DNA of 64,000 nucleotides from Tubulanus polymorphus (lineage: Eukaryota > Animalia > Nemertea): contig NC_134027.1 in the NCBI RefSeq assembly GCF_964204645.1, forward strand, positions 24,390,560-24,454,559, written 5' to 3'. A model generated the notes under the pieces. That model ran no database searches. It was not told the DNA's origin and saw only the letters and a program-made list of their open reading frames with translations. Numbering within the stretch: the stretch's first letter is position 1; each line of letters opens with the position of its first letter. This document shows positions 1 to 12,000 of the stretch, piece after piece. The position numbers and the translations under genes were made by a program.

Positions 1-120
1 AAAAACTTTTTAGGAGTCCTAAAATCTAAATGAACAAAATTTCAACCGAGTCATTGAATAGGTAAGCCATTTTGCCGGCAGCTTGTAGGTTGAATAAAGT
101 ATTGATAATTAACTACTTAC

Positions 121-3100
121 GAAAAATGCGTAAATCTCGTCGGCGATGACCGGAATTTTGTACGTTTCGCAGATCTCTAGGATGTGTTTGATGTGCTGTT
201 TACTGAACACCGATCCGCACGGGTTCGACGGACTGTTCAAAACGATCGCAGCTGTTTTGTCGTCGATCAACGACTCGAAATGATCCAGATCTATTTCCCA
301 ACCGCGTTCGGGCTATTTCAGAAAAAATACGAGGAGAAAAATATTTCGATAAATGAGTTTCGTATCTAGTGTAGTCTGGAAATTTCACTGGTTTATCAAA
401 ATGACATTGTTGGATTTGATTTGTGAAACGTTTCAAATTTTTCTCATCATCATGGGGATTATATGTACGAATGCTTTGATTTTGAAGAAGTAGCCTAGAG
501 ATACAGTTAGCGCAACTTGCTCACTTTAAAAGACCAGATTCAACTGTCCTTATCTAAATCCACCCATATTGCTTCAAAATTTAAGTCTTGAATTATTCAA
601 CCATCCCTTTTCGGTCAAATCCTATTCGACGAACTCACCACGAGGTCGTAATGCTTGGTTTCGATGCCGATCGAGTTGGCGAGCGTCGTATAGAGGGGAA
701 AACCCGGACGCGGTACGAGGATATTCTGTCCCGGATTGGCCAACACGGTAATACACATCTCTAACGCGCTGGAACATCCGCTGGTTAGTATTACATCCTG
801 TAAATATCGGTAATACATACTTAATCAGGTATAGGGCCAATCTAAACAACGTCCATCTTACGTTTTGCATACCGGTATCTAAATAAGTCTATCATGTACA
901 CCTGCATTATGTTACACATATCTAAATAATTACATCATTTACACCTGCATTATGTTATACATATCTAAATAATTCCATTGCTTACATCTGCATTATGCTA
1001 TACATATCTAAATTATAACATTGTGTACACCTGCATTATGTTGTTGTACATATCAAAATGATCATATCATGTACACCTATATTATGTTAAACATATCTTA
1101 ATAATTCTATCTAAATAATTACATAACGTACACCTACAATATGGAAAAATATTATCATATCCAGTGAAACCCGCTTAATCTGGATATTATCGATGGCATT
1201 AATTTACATGAGACATGATGTTATAATCCATCTCATCAACCGTATGAATTTCATCAGTCCTAATGAGGTTTAAGTTACATGCATAGATCACACATCAACA
1301 CTGCATTTCACTGAATACCGACAGTTTATATCAAAAATAGATTATCTATATTCATACTGGATAATCTACATCCATATCAAATTGTATACATATGTATATG
1401 TATCTCATCCATATCAAATTGTATTCATATGTATAAGTATCTACCCTGGACCCAGTTCCACAGTTCTGTGTTACGATTTGACTCAGAGTTAACTCATTGA
1501 AAATGAACTTATCTTAACTCGGAGTTAACTCTAACTCAGAACTGTGGAACTGGGTCCTGGTATGTAGCATAAGTTGAAGTGAATTTTAGAATTCATCGCA
1601 CGCACCTTTGAAGTGAGAGGAGCTTCTTCAGTGTTGTAATATTGGGCGATAGCGGCTCGCGTAGACTCAATTCCTGCAATAAAAATATCAATCAGGTAAA
1701 AGTCTTCAGTTAGGTTTTATTTAATTACATTAATTCTGTTTGTTCAGAGGCAACGACATTGATTTCCGCTTAAAGGTGGGCAGGTGGGCGTTTCAGGGTG
1801 TGTGTAAAACAGAAAATTATTTTCCCACTTATCAGTATGTGGTGGATATGATAACATTGTCGGATAAAAAAAATTCAGCCACACAAATGAAGAGCGGGTC
1901 GATATAACTGATAAAGTGCAAACAGAATTCTCGATAAAAAAAAGCAAAAAAGATCCATCCATTCAGATATGAATGCAATACCGACAAAAATCAGCTGTCC
2001 CGATTATCGATTCGTAATATAAAAAGTACATTTTATTGAATAGATTTCGACCAGCTGTTGCATAGCACGGATGACATCGATAAACTTCACGAGCGATATA
2101 TACACACTATACGATTAGCTAGGCAGCTCAATATCGGAATACATATATTATAACCAGGCATTTTCAGACGGATAACAATAGAAATACGCGCGAATTCTTA
2201 GAAATTTAGAATTCACCGGAAAAACTATGACCTGCCATCGCACAGCGGGGTGTGAGAAGACAGTAACTCGACCTTTTACCACCTCAGGGCGGGATATAAC
2301 CGTACGAGAAAAAAAGATCTATTCTTTATTTAAGTACGAAAACGTCTAGAATAGATATTAACAGAGAAAATTCGATGAAATCCATTTTTTTTTGGTTGTA
2401 AAACAATACTCCTAATTCCATCCCGCTATTCGACTTGGTGCCGACCGAATAAACCAGATATCAATTTTTTTTTAATGTAAATGCGACGTACGTTCGCACG
2501 CAATCCGTCATATAGAATTCTGTGAAATTTGTCGCGCTGATAAAAATTCCAACGAGGCTAATAGTCATCTGAGTGTCGGATTATTCGTATCAAATTGGGT
2601 ATTTTAGTCTAATTCGGTCCGGGACCAAATTCAAATTTTGAAAAGAGCACAAACTGGTACATAATTTTCAGCTAAATGCAGTTGAATTTACGCGTATAGC
2701 ATTCTGTGATCTGCAGCCCTGAGACATTTTATCAGCACACTTTCAAAAACTGATCGCCCACACTTCACACTACAATGTTGACACCGGCATCAAACCACAA
2801 AATATGAAATCAAGTCTTAATTTTCACCCAGTCGAAAATTAGATAATGCTGCCCATTTCCATACGAACTTAATCGAACCGTGATTCATTTGAATTTTTAT
2901 AAAATCGGTTTAAAGTTCAGCAAATATGAACTCACCTACTGCTGGAACGTAGCCATTGGATTTACCAGCTTCCAAAACCTCTTTTACAGCATTGACTGTA
3001 TCCGGTGAAGGGGGAAGATTACCAAAAACTGTCGGGTCGCCTAAAAAATTCGATATTCTTTACATTATATAGAGTATAATATCCTGGAGATGACTGCTTT

Positions 3101-6100
3101 CATTTGACTCCACTTATGACATTATGAATTATCTATTGATTATAGTGTTCAAACTTCAGTCAAAATAATCAAAATTTGTGGACATTTCTATGTCATATAA
3201 AACAGCCTGAAGGCTGCTACTGGACCGCGTGCTCCAGCTAGGGCACAAACTGTCCTCAGTCAGTGGACTGATTGGAAAAATGGTTGGATCATATAATTAG
3301 GGGTAAAATGTGTATGGGGCCACCATAATCTTATACATTAATTCAAACAAAAATTCAACAAATGGCTTTATTTGAAGAAACATGTCAATTTCTTCATACA
3401 ATCATATTTTCCAAACTATCAAAGGCCACATTTTATCACAAAGAAAGCTTGGAGAAGGGACTAACTAGGGAAAAACAACTCGAGGTTATTTGCAGTCCAT
3501 GGTCAATAAGGCAAGCACTTACTTGAACCACCAGTGAACGCGGTTATTAATAAGAAAATCAGTTATGACGCAAATAGCTAAATTAAAAAAAAATAATCCC
3601 TAAATTTAAGCCATTAGCCGTTCATAAAACTATTGACCGTTAGCAGGTCATCTAAGGACAGGAGTTTCAGGGATTGTATTACTGTCAACTGGCTTTATGC
3701 CAGTCTAACCCAGACAAAACACAGTGTATGTCACATGTATGCACACATGCAATTAAATAAGTACTTTACGAATATCTACATTCCACGTTGAACTTACACC
3801 GACCTTGAAACGTAATTAATCCATGGTTTATTCAACAGATATAAAAGTTCCTTTCAAATCATGTGCATTTAAAACTTGCCGGTGGCAGAGTTTGTTTGAT
3901 TCCACTGCCTGCCCGGCTAACGGGAGACATTCGAAAACATTAATTTCAGCGACTGTCGGTAAATTTGTGGCAAGGTACCACAAAAATTCAAATTCCTTGA
4001 ATTCTAAGAAATCAGAAAACTCCAATTTGAAAAATGACGCCATATATGAATCCAAAATATCAACGTGAGTTTAACAAGGATGAGACATGACTTGCCTAAT
4101 CTCTGATGTTGGAGGCTAAAAATCGATATGGAAATAAAGGCCTTAAACAGGGTGGCCTCTTTCCACCCGCTTACAAACCCCCTGAGTTTTCCATGCAATT
4201 ACACAATACTCCCTGAGCGAATCAGAGAAATTTCTAGGTTTAAACTTAAAACCTATTCCTAGATTTCTATCATTATGACGAAATTTGTCAAATTTCCTGA
4301 GTTTTCCTAGATTTCTCTGGTTGGTTCCAAGAGTTTCCCAAGCTTTCGTTCCAGGTCGATGGCAACCCTGCTAATTGCGAAATGAACTAAATTTTCACCA
4401 ACTTTTCGCACCAATCGGATAGCTTATTGGAGCAGAGGGTATTTCAGACATAGTCGTCTGTTTCTTACCTATTGATAGAGCGATCATCGGTTTCTCGGGA
4501 TTCGGTTGTAAATTCAATCCCTCAACGACGCGTCTGATCGGGTTGATCGTGTCGTGCGCTATTTTCGACGCCGTCACTTTCCATTCTCGTCGTTTCGTCG
4601 CCGTCGTCGAGCTCTTGATGAACGAACCGTTTGTATCGATGCAGCCGATTCCGTGTTGTAGTTCCATCGATAACGCGCTGATCGGCGTTTGCGTGCTCAG
4701 TTTCGGTACGGCCAGACGCCCGGTGCTCGCGAAGTTCGTCGACGAAAACTCGACCGCGGCCTTCGACAGTGGAGTCGGCTGAATGTACTGATCCTGCACG
4801 AGAGAAAATACAATCATTCATTTATTCCGGTGGCCACTTTGACGTGCACATTGTTTTCCCTGACTTGATCTGCTTAGAATCCATTCAATTAACACAGTCA
4901 AATACAAAAGACATAGGCTAGACGAAAACTATGTATTTGATAATACGCACGATCTAGTAATCTCAAGAAATTTCTGACCTTTGATTTTAAGCTTTTTTTA
5001 TACAAAATTCCCCGTCTTTTCCCTGACATACAAGTGGTTTTACCTGACTTCACCTGTTTAGAATCGTATTGAGCAGTTACCCCCCCCCCCCAAAAAAAAA
5101 AATTTCTTTTGCAAAGTACCCTTCATGCAAATATTGTTGTTATATTCTATATAACTGCCCTTTTTCGGGTTTCTCTGCCCCCCCCCCACAATTCAAATGC
5201 TAGGGTCTAGTCCATTAACACAGGAAAACTAAATAGGTAAAACATAGAGGGAAACTGTTTGATTATACGCGCGATCTAACAATCTCAACAAATTTCCATG
5301 ACTTTTTTTTTAGCTTTTCTTTTACAAAAAATGAAATTTCCTGATTTTCAGATATGTCAAGATGGCCATCCTGATTATACACTGTTGCTAACTTCAACGA
5401 ATGTTTCGAGCCTGACTCCAGTGGCTCATTGTTTGGTAGCAGTCGGACTGAGGCGAAAGTCAGTACTTCTCAAAGTCGAAAATCAGTACTTCCTCCTTAA
5501 CTCAAAGACGAGTTCCTGACATATTTTTCAATCTTGAATGATCGAACCTTGGAAATAAGGAAAAACCGTTGCAATCAAATCTTACTTCTATTTTGAAAGA
5601 ATAGAACCAAGTGCTTAAAATGTTTGACTCGAGTTGTATCTGGAAAGCACACACACAGGTGACTGTTAGAGACCCGAGTCCAAATGAAACCCTCCCTCCT
5701 AACAGGATATTTGAATTACTCCCGAAATGCCACCGATATACTTGCCGGTTTCATATCAGAAGTTTTTAACGACCACCGAGAGACTGACTATACCCAGGAC
5801 GTGTCCACCGAGAAAGTGACGTCTATTTTCCGTCAATGAACGTCGTTCGATATAAAGATATTTGATAAGTTATCACGACCCCATAGGTCATTGAATACTT
5901 AAACAAGATACCAGATAACGGTTTCTGAAACCGTCACAGACAGTCATTCAGTGGTCATCGCGCCATGTACTTGCCGGGACGACAAACTCTGTCCGGCGCT
6001 TATTTCTAGAGTAATAAATTGAACTGAGCACAGTAAAACACAGAGTTCTAAACGATCAAATTGACAGCTTGATTGAAGAACCCAAATAACCATATCCACT

Positions 6101-6925
6101 ATAGATACCGGTACTGCGTGTTACCACGGACTCCAAAACGTGATATGGTACATGGTCTTGCTGTGCGTAAGATAAGGGCTGGTCATTGTTCTGAGTTATA
6201 AGTGCAAAATAACAATTCATTACGCTTCATTTATCTAGGATCAGTAAAATTCTTCTACCATTAAAAAAGACTAAACACTAGGCCATCCAAAAAAAATGGT
6301 CTGTTTGCCTTAAGGGTACCGAGGTACCGAGTGAAAAATTTTTTTTGGGATTCATTGAAATAAATTTCATTTTTGATATTGTTAAACCTACCGACTCATC
6401 CTGAAAACGTGAGTCGGTGTTACGGCAAACAGACAATTATTTTGATGACAATTTTCCCACCTGAGAGGGATAGTTGAATTGGACAATATACAGTAGGCCC
6501 GCTAGACATCAAATCAATGTTCAAATCAGATCTTTCTCTTAGCGGTACCATAAAAATTCATTTGACTTTAAGAGCGATATCTAAGTTAAAAGATAGTTCA
6601 TAGGATCACGAAAAAAGCATAATTAACAAAATCCATGTATAAAACAATTAGTACACATCTAAAAATCTATCGGGTTAATCTAAATCAAACAAAGGAAAAA
6701 AATATTTTGAGAATATTTCCAATGAAAACTCGCAGTCTTGAGCACACTCAAACTCGCTTAATGACAATTTACAGTTAGTCAATTAAATTGTGAATACCCA
6801 ATTGAGACTAGAAATACTGAGGACTGAAGTGATGTGACAACTGATCCGATTAAGAACTGTATTAAGGTTTTTCTTTAAAGATTTACGTTTCGAATTCAAT
6901 TCACACGAACCTGTATTTTCCACAT
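121..6925 (-). CDS. TAT: Tyrosine aminotransferase, 5' part (gene continues beyond the window start)
   Basis: Phase-consistent GT-AG exons: 6925-6911 (MWKIQ, least certain), 4793-4469 (...[27 protein letters not shown]), 3040-2936 ([10 protein letters not shown]...NGYVPAVG), 1673-1606, 797-639 ([16 protein letters not shown]...PRPGFPLY), 312-121 ([15 protein letters not shown]...IADEIY). The [20 protein letters not shown] and ADEIY motifs are typical of TAT-type PLP class I aminotransferases. Confidence 0.93.
875..1140. repeat. Degenerate ~43-bp minisatellite in TAT intron
   Basis: Repeated tacacctgcattatgtta...catatctaaataatt. Confidence 0.8.
1449..1557. mobile_element. Short MITE (ggacccagttccacagtt TIR); relatives at ~19755-19865 and ~25290-25400
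   Basis: Inverted termini ggacccagttccacagttctg / cagaactgtggaactgggtcc. Confidence 0.7.
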
Positions 6926-9005
6926 GGTAAGATCCTCCGGCAATTAGACCCTTCGAGAAATATGAAACCGCCGATCGAATAAGGCCTAGGCCTAATTGAG
7001 AAAAATTCCCGATTAAAAACCGGCTAAAATTCTTTGAGATGTCAAAACAGTGTCGTCGCGCTCTCGGAATCTATCGTAGCTGTTTGCTAGAAAAACCTAC
7101 TGCGCAATACGATCAATCGGCGCATAAACAAACACAGCGAATCGACGAATCACCGGATTCTAGAACGAACGCGATCAATAATAACCGATACGTTAAAATA
7201 CAATTAAGTCCCTCGGTGACGTATTTGATAAATTTTTTCCAGCGCTGCAGCTGTGACTGGAAACATATGCCGCGCGCTTTGGTGTAGGCTGTATGGAATA
7301 GTCGGAAACAACCACCTGACTGTCGAAGATAAACCAGGGGCGGATCGACGATGAGTTACGCGCGTTTTATGCAAATCTCATGTTTTGATGTATCACAACT
7401 GCGTATTTTATGCAAATCCCTTGTTTTTATATCATCACTAGGGCCTGAGTACTAAAGTAGGCCTACGGGCCTGGGAGAAAAGCAATTTATAACAAAAGCA
7501 ATTCATCATTTAAGGCCTAATTCGAAAAAGCGATAATTATCTAGCCTAACAGATGGGCAGATCCGATGGTAAATTTTATCTTTAGCTAAGGTTGTATTTT
7601 TAAGTGAATTTCGATGTCCTTTATCGGATAAAAAACTGAACACTTCGACACAAAACAGAAATTTGGTCAAAGCATCGCAGATTTTGATTATTAGGTTGAA
7701 AGAATTGGGACTGCAGGTCGAGTGACTAACTGAACATAAGTCCAAAACAGGACTTCAGTTTAACTAATTTACTGGACTTAGTCAGTAACAGACAATGCAA
7801 ATAATAGTCAGTCAGACTGGACTTCGGTTTGGTTCAACAATCAAATGTTTTTTTAATAAGCAATCCATTTATTTTAAGAAAAACCTGCATTGCCAAATGA
7901 TTTGTAAATTTTCACGAATACCCATCACAAAATATAGAATAAAAATCTTGAAATTAACAGATCAGAAGATTCTGTACATATTAGTAAAAATAACAAAATT
8001 GCTATGATTTGAAATGCAATAAAAAGACTAGAGTTATATTATATAAATAAAATGTAGTCTTATATCAAGTAACGTCATTAAAAGATTAGATAACTAAATG
8101 TCAACAAACGCACGTGCTTCATTAATGAAAACGTAAACAAACATGTGCGAGAAAAACTGCACGCGTAAAAAAAATACTGTATTCTTTAAACTCGAAATCT
8201 CGATTACCTCGACTCGGACGGCGGGCGATTACGGTTTAGACGTAATCGGTGGAGTGAACTGATAATTCGAACGTTGGTCGGACTTAATTCGATGCTTCTG
8301 GTTCGGTAGAAAATAAGGTTTTTAGACGATAAAAATGCTGGTTTTTCGTCAATGGAAGAAATGCGTCGTGAGATTTATGGAGTTGGTGATTGGTCGATTC
8401 GAGGGCTTGGCTCTCGTGACGTCATTCGTCACACGTTTCAGCTCGGAACGAAACGTCGAAACATTGTCTTATAAACCTAACGAGATGTTTTTGGTTTTTA
8501 TGTTTTTTTTCTCATATTTTCCAAACCATCTCTATATTTTAGAGTTCAAGTTCATATAAACTCCCCACAAAACAGGATTTGTCAAATAAACTGCAATATT
8601 CGAATTTTTGTTCGTTCCAATGATACGTTTATGTTTTTTATAGTTGGTAATAAGTGCAAGGAAGCAGAGGCTGGGACGGCAATGTTTACAGTTCGAACCC
8701 CGCAAAAAAAGGGTGGAGAAAAATTTCATTGAGTATTTTTGTAACCAAGAATTTACTAAATAAAAACGAAGTAGTCAAATTAATCATTGACATCTCTGTG
8801 CCATTGAAATGAAAACTATCGGACCATTTCGATGAATATAGAATTTGAGTTTGAATTGCACTTGCAGGTTTTCGAGCATATGAATTAATGCTAGCCAGTT
8901 AGTTACACTTCCGGGTTCATTTGCCGTTCAACGCGACAGAACTCTCCTAGTTGTTGAACTTTGATTAAACTGGTACTGAATTGCAGCCCCCTCCTCGTCA
9001 CAAAA

Positions 9006-12000
9006 ATGTCTCAAGCCGACCTGAAACAGTTTACTCTTGAAGAAGTGAAGAAACACAACGACAGCCGCTCGTGTTGGATCGTTATCCACGATATCGTTTA
9101 CGACGTCACCAAGTTTTTGGAAGAGGTAGGAGGACTCGACTTATGTCTATTTCAACCTGACTTGAGAGCATATCAGGTGGTCTAGCTCGGTAATTTTTGG
9201 TAGAACATACCTGATAAAAGTCTTATTGGGACCAGAATGCACTGGCAGCTGACCTAAAACATCGTTTTTTAATCCACTTTAAACTGTATTGAAGGATATC
9301 CAAAGAGTCTTTATTGAAAGGGGTTCACGAGAGAAAAGAGACTCCATGATTTGAAAGTTCAACAATGTCTCCATGCCTACCAACTGAAGTTTGGTATGTA
9401 GGCATGGAAACATATTGTTAAACTTGCAAATCATGGAGTCTCTTTTCTCTCATGAACCCCTTCAGTGAAGATTTTTTGGATATCCTTCACTATAAAGTTT
9501 CAAATGGATTAAAAAATGATGATTTAGGTCGACTGCCTGTCCTTTCTGGTCCTATTAAGACCTTTATCAGGTATGTACTACCAAAACTGACTGAGCTAGG
9601 CCACCTGGTATGCTCTCAAGTCAGGTTGAAATAGACATTAGGTCAACTGCTTTCTTATGAAATAAATCGAAATTGACATCAGAATTCACCTCACAATTGT
9701 TAGCAAGCAGAAATAATTAGGTATCGTCGGTACAGCGGTTAGGTATAGCGGTTGAAATGCAGGGCCTGTTGCAATGAACAGAACATTAAAGACAAAAAGC
9801 TGTCAAACGCAGGTCCTCCTTTTTTGAAGCCCGAAGCCGATAGCCTAACTATGTAGTCAATTTAGCAACAGACCTGTTTTTCTGGGATATTTCGCTTACT
9901 TTTTGGGGTACCCAATAGACCCAAGGATGTCCACTTTTTGATGGATACATGTCATCTGTGTAATTACTTAATCAAGCATCTCTCATTTACAAGGCAAATT
10001 TTGCTGTTTAGTCGTCACTCGATCACAATTTATGAATATTCTTCAGACCGAGTTCATCACAGATGCGTCCAAACAAGAAAGTTACGCAGTCGGTCTATCA
10101 TCGGCGCAATGTCTTTCAAAATTAATCATAGCATGAAGCCAGCAAGGCATTGGGGTGGCTTAGAGAATATCCAAATTACTATTCAAAGCCATCCTGTCAA
10201 AGTTTCTGTTATGGGTTTCAGGCAGACTTAGTTTTGGCATCGGCTTTTTAGAATGAGATTGTGCAATGTTGGAAATTTATGTCTGGCTGTGAAGAATGTT
10301 GGAATTTTTTTTTCGAAATAAAATTAAGCGCCTAATTGGCTAGTGTTGATTCATAATGATCATAGATTTGTGTGAAATAATTTTGACCTTTGTCAGTCGC
10401 GTGTAGCGCTATAGATAAACCCAGCTTTATAACGATAGGCGTTAAAGTACGCATTACCATCGAAATCAAGGTATTACACCTCGCTTCAGTATATTACAAA
10501 ATACATTAGCTAACTGGCTCTTGAATTTTATCAGTCCGAAAACGATATCCATAAGGCTGGGGGAATTAATTGATAAATTAATTCTGTTTTCATGTAGCAC
10601 TTTGTCCTGAAGATTATAAACTATTAGAATATATATTTTTCATGGAGTCGACTTCGCCGGAGTCGGATCTTTTAAGACTTTTTAATGAAGATGAAGAACT
10701 TAAGAAATTGCTCTAGAAAACATCAGTAATAACTGATATAATAATAACTAATAAGTCACACCTGACGATGATCTCTCTAGGGTGAGATCGAAACGTCGTG
10801 TATTCCATATATTTAAGATTGTTCGAATAAATAAATTCTTGTTTTTAAATTCTTTAAATCTGTAGATAGTGGGTTTTTATCTTATTATCCGTTCACCACG
10901 TTTGAGTATGGTTATCGTTCTAAAACATCAGTAGTTGCTCAAAAGTTGGTAAGAGTTAACCAACCGGTAGATAACCAGTGCAGCCAGTGGATATAGTTAA
11001 CATATTGAAAACCTAACTGTTATAACAGCATGTATCCGCCGGTTATGCTTAACCAACTTTTGTGCGACTGGCCCCAGAAGCCTAGACTTAAAATATAGGA
11101 CCTAATACATTGGATTCGTGATTAAACGATGGTTCACTGTTGTATCCACTATTAAATCATTTAAATTGCCCTATTCGGAATGGAATTCTAGGATTTGTAA
11201 TAACCGATAAATTGTTAGAGTTTGTTATAACGAGGTTCCGTTGTATCATTAGGGATTTGTCGTGAGTGTTGGGTGTTAGGAGTGATAAAAATGGATAGGT
11301 TCTACCAAGAGCCTTGATTCGTGCATAGGTCCTAGGGTATGATGAATATGATGGCTATGCGTTTAACACGGCAGATTGAAGCGTTGCTATGTCACATGTG
11401 TTTATGCAAATCCTAATTCAGACAAAATGTAGAATGATTCAAAATGTCACTGTTGTTTAGAAGATTTAAGGCATTCAATCTGTCGCACACTGATTAAAAT
11501 AAGTAAAATATAGAAATGATGAATGGCCAGATTTCACAAATATACAAGTAGTGAGAGTTTGCCTATTTTAGATGAGCTCATTATCATTTCAACATGTAAG
11601 CGCTATTCAATTAGGCCTAGGATCTGATCAGGGTTAGGATTAGGGTGTCAGGGACCATGTGGTTAGTGCACTGCACTGTCATTCGATCTTTTTTGATAGA
11701 ATATGCACAAATTGAATAATTCACTTCTTTTAAAAAGCGAGGCCCGATTGTCTAGATCAGTTACCCTTGGTTAGGGGTAAATCCCCAACCTGAGTGACAA
11801 CCACCAAATACCGTAGTTAAAAATACATCATTTTTCATGTGAAACCCTGATAAGTGACAAATTTCAAACTGTATCCAGCAGGGATTATTTGTCCCCACAT
11901 CACTCTATGGAATGCTAGGGATGGATCTAGGGTCTGATTCAGGAAGGGTTTACCCTCAAAATAGGATATATATGGTTAAAAGGGCATCCGATCATTGGAA

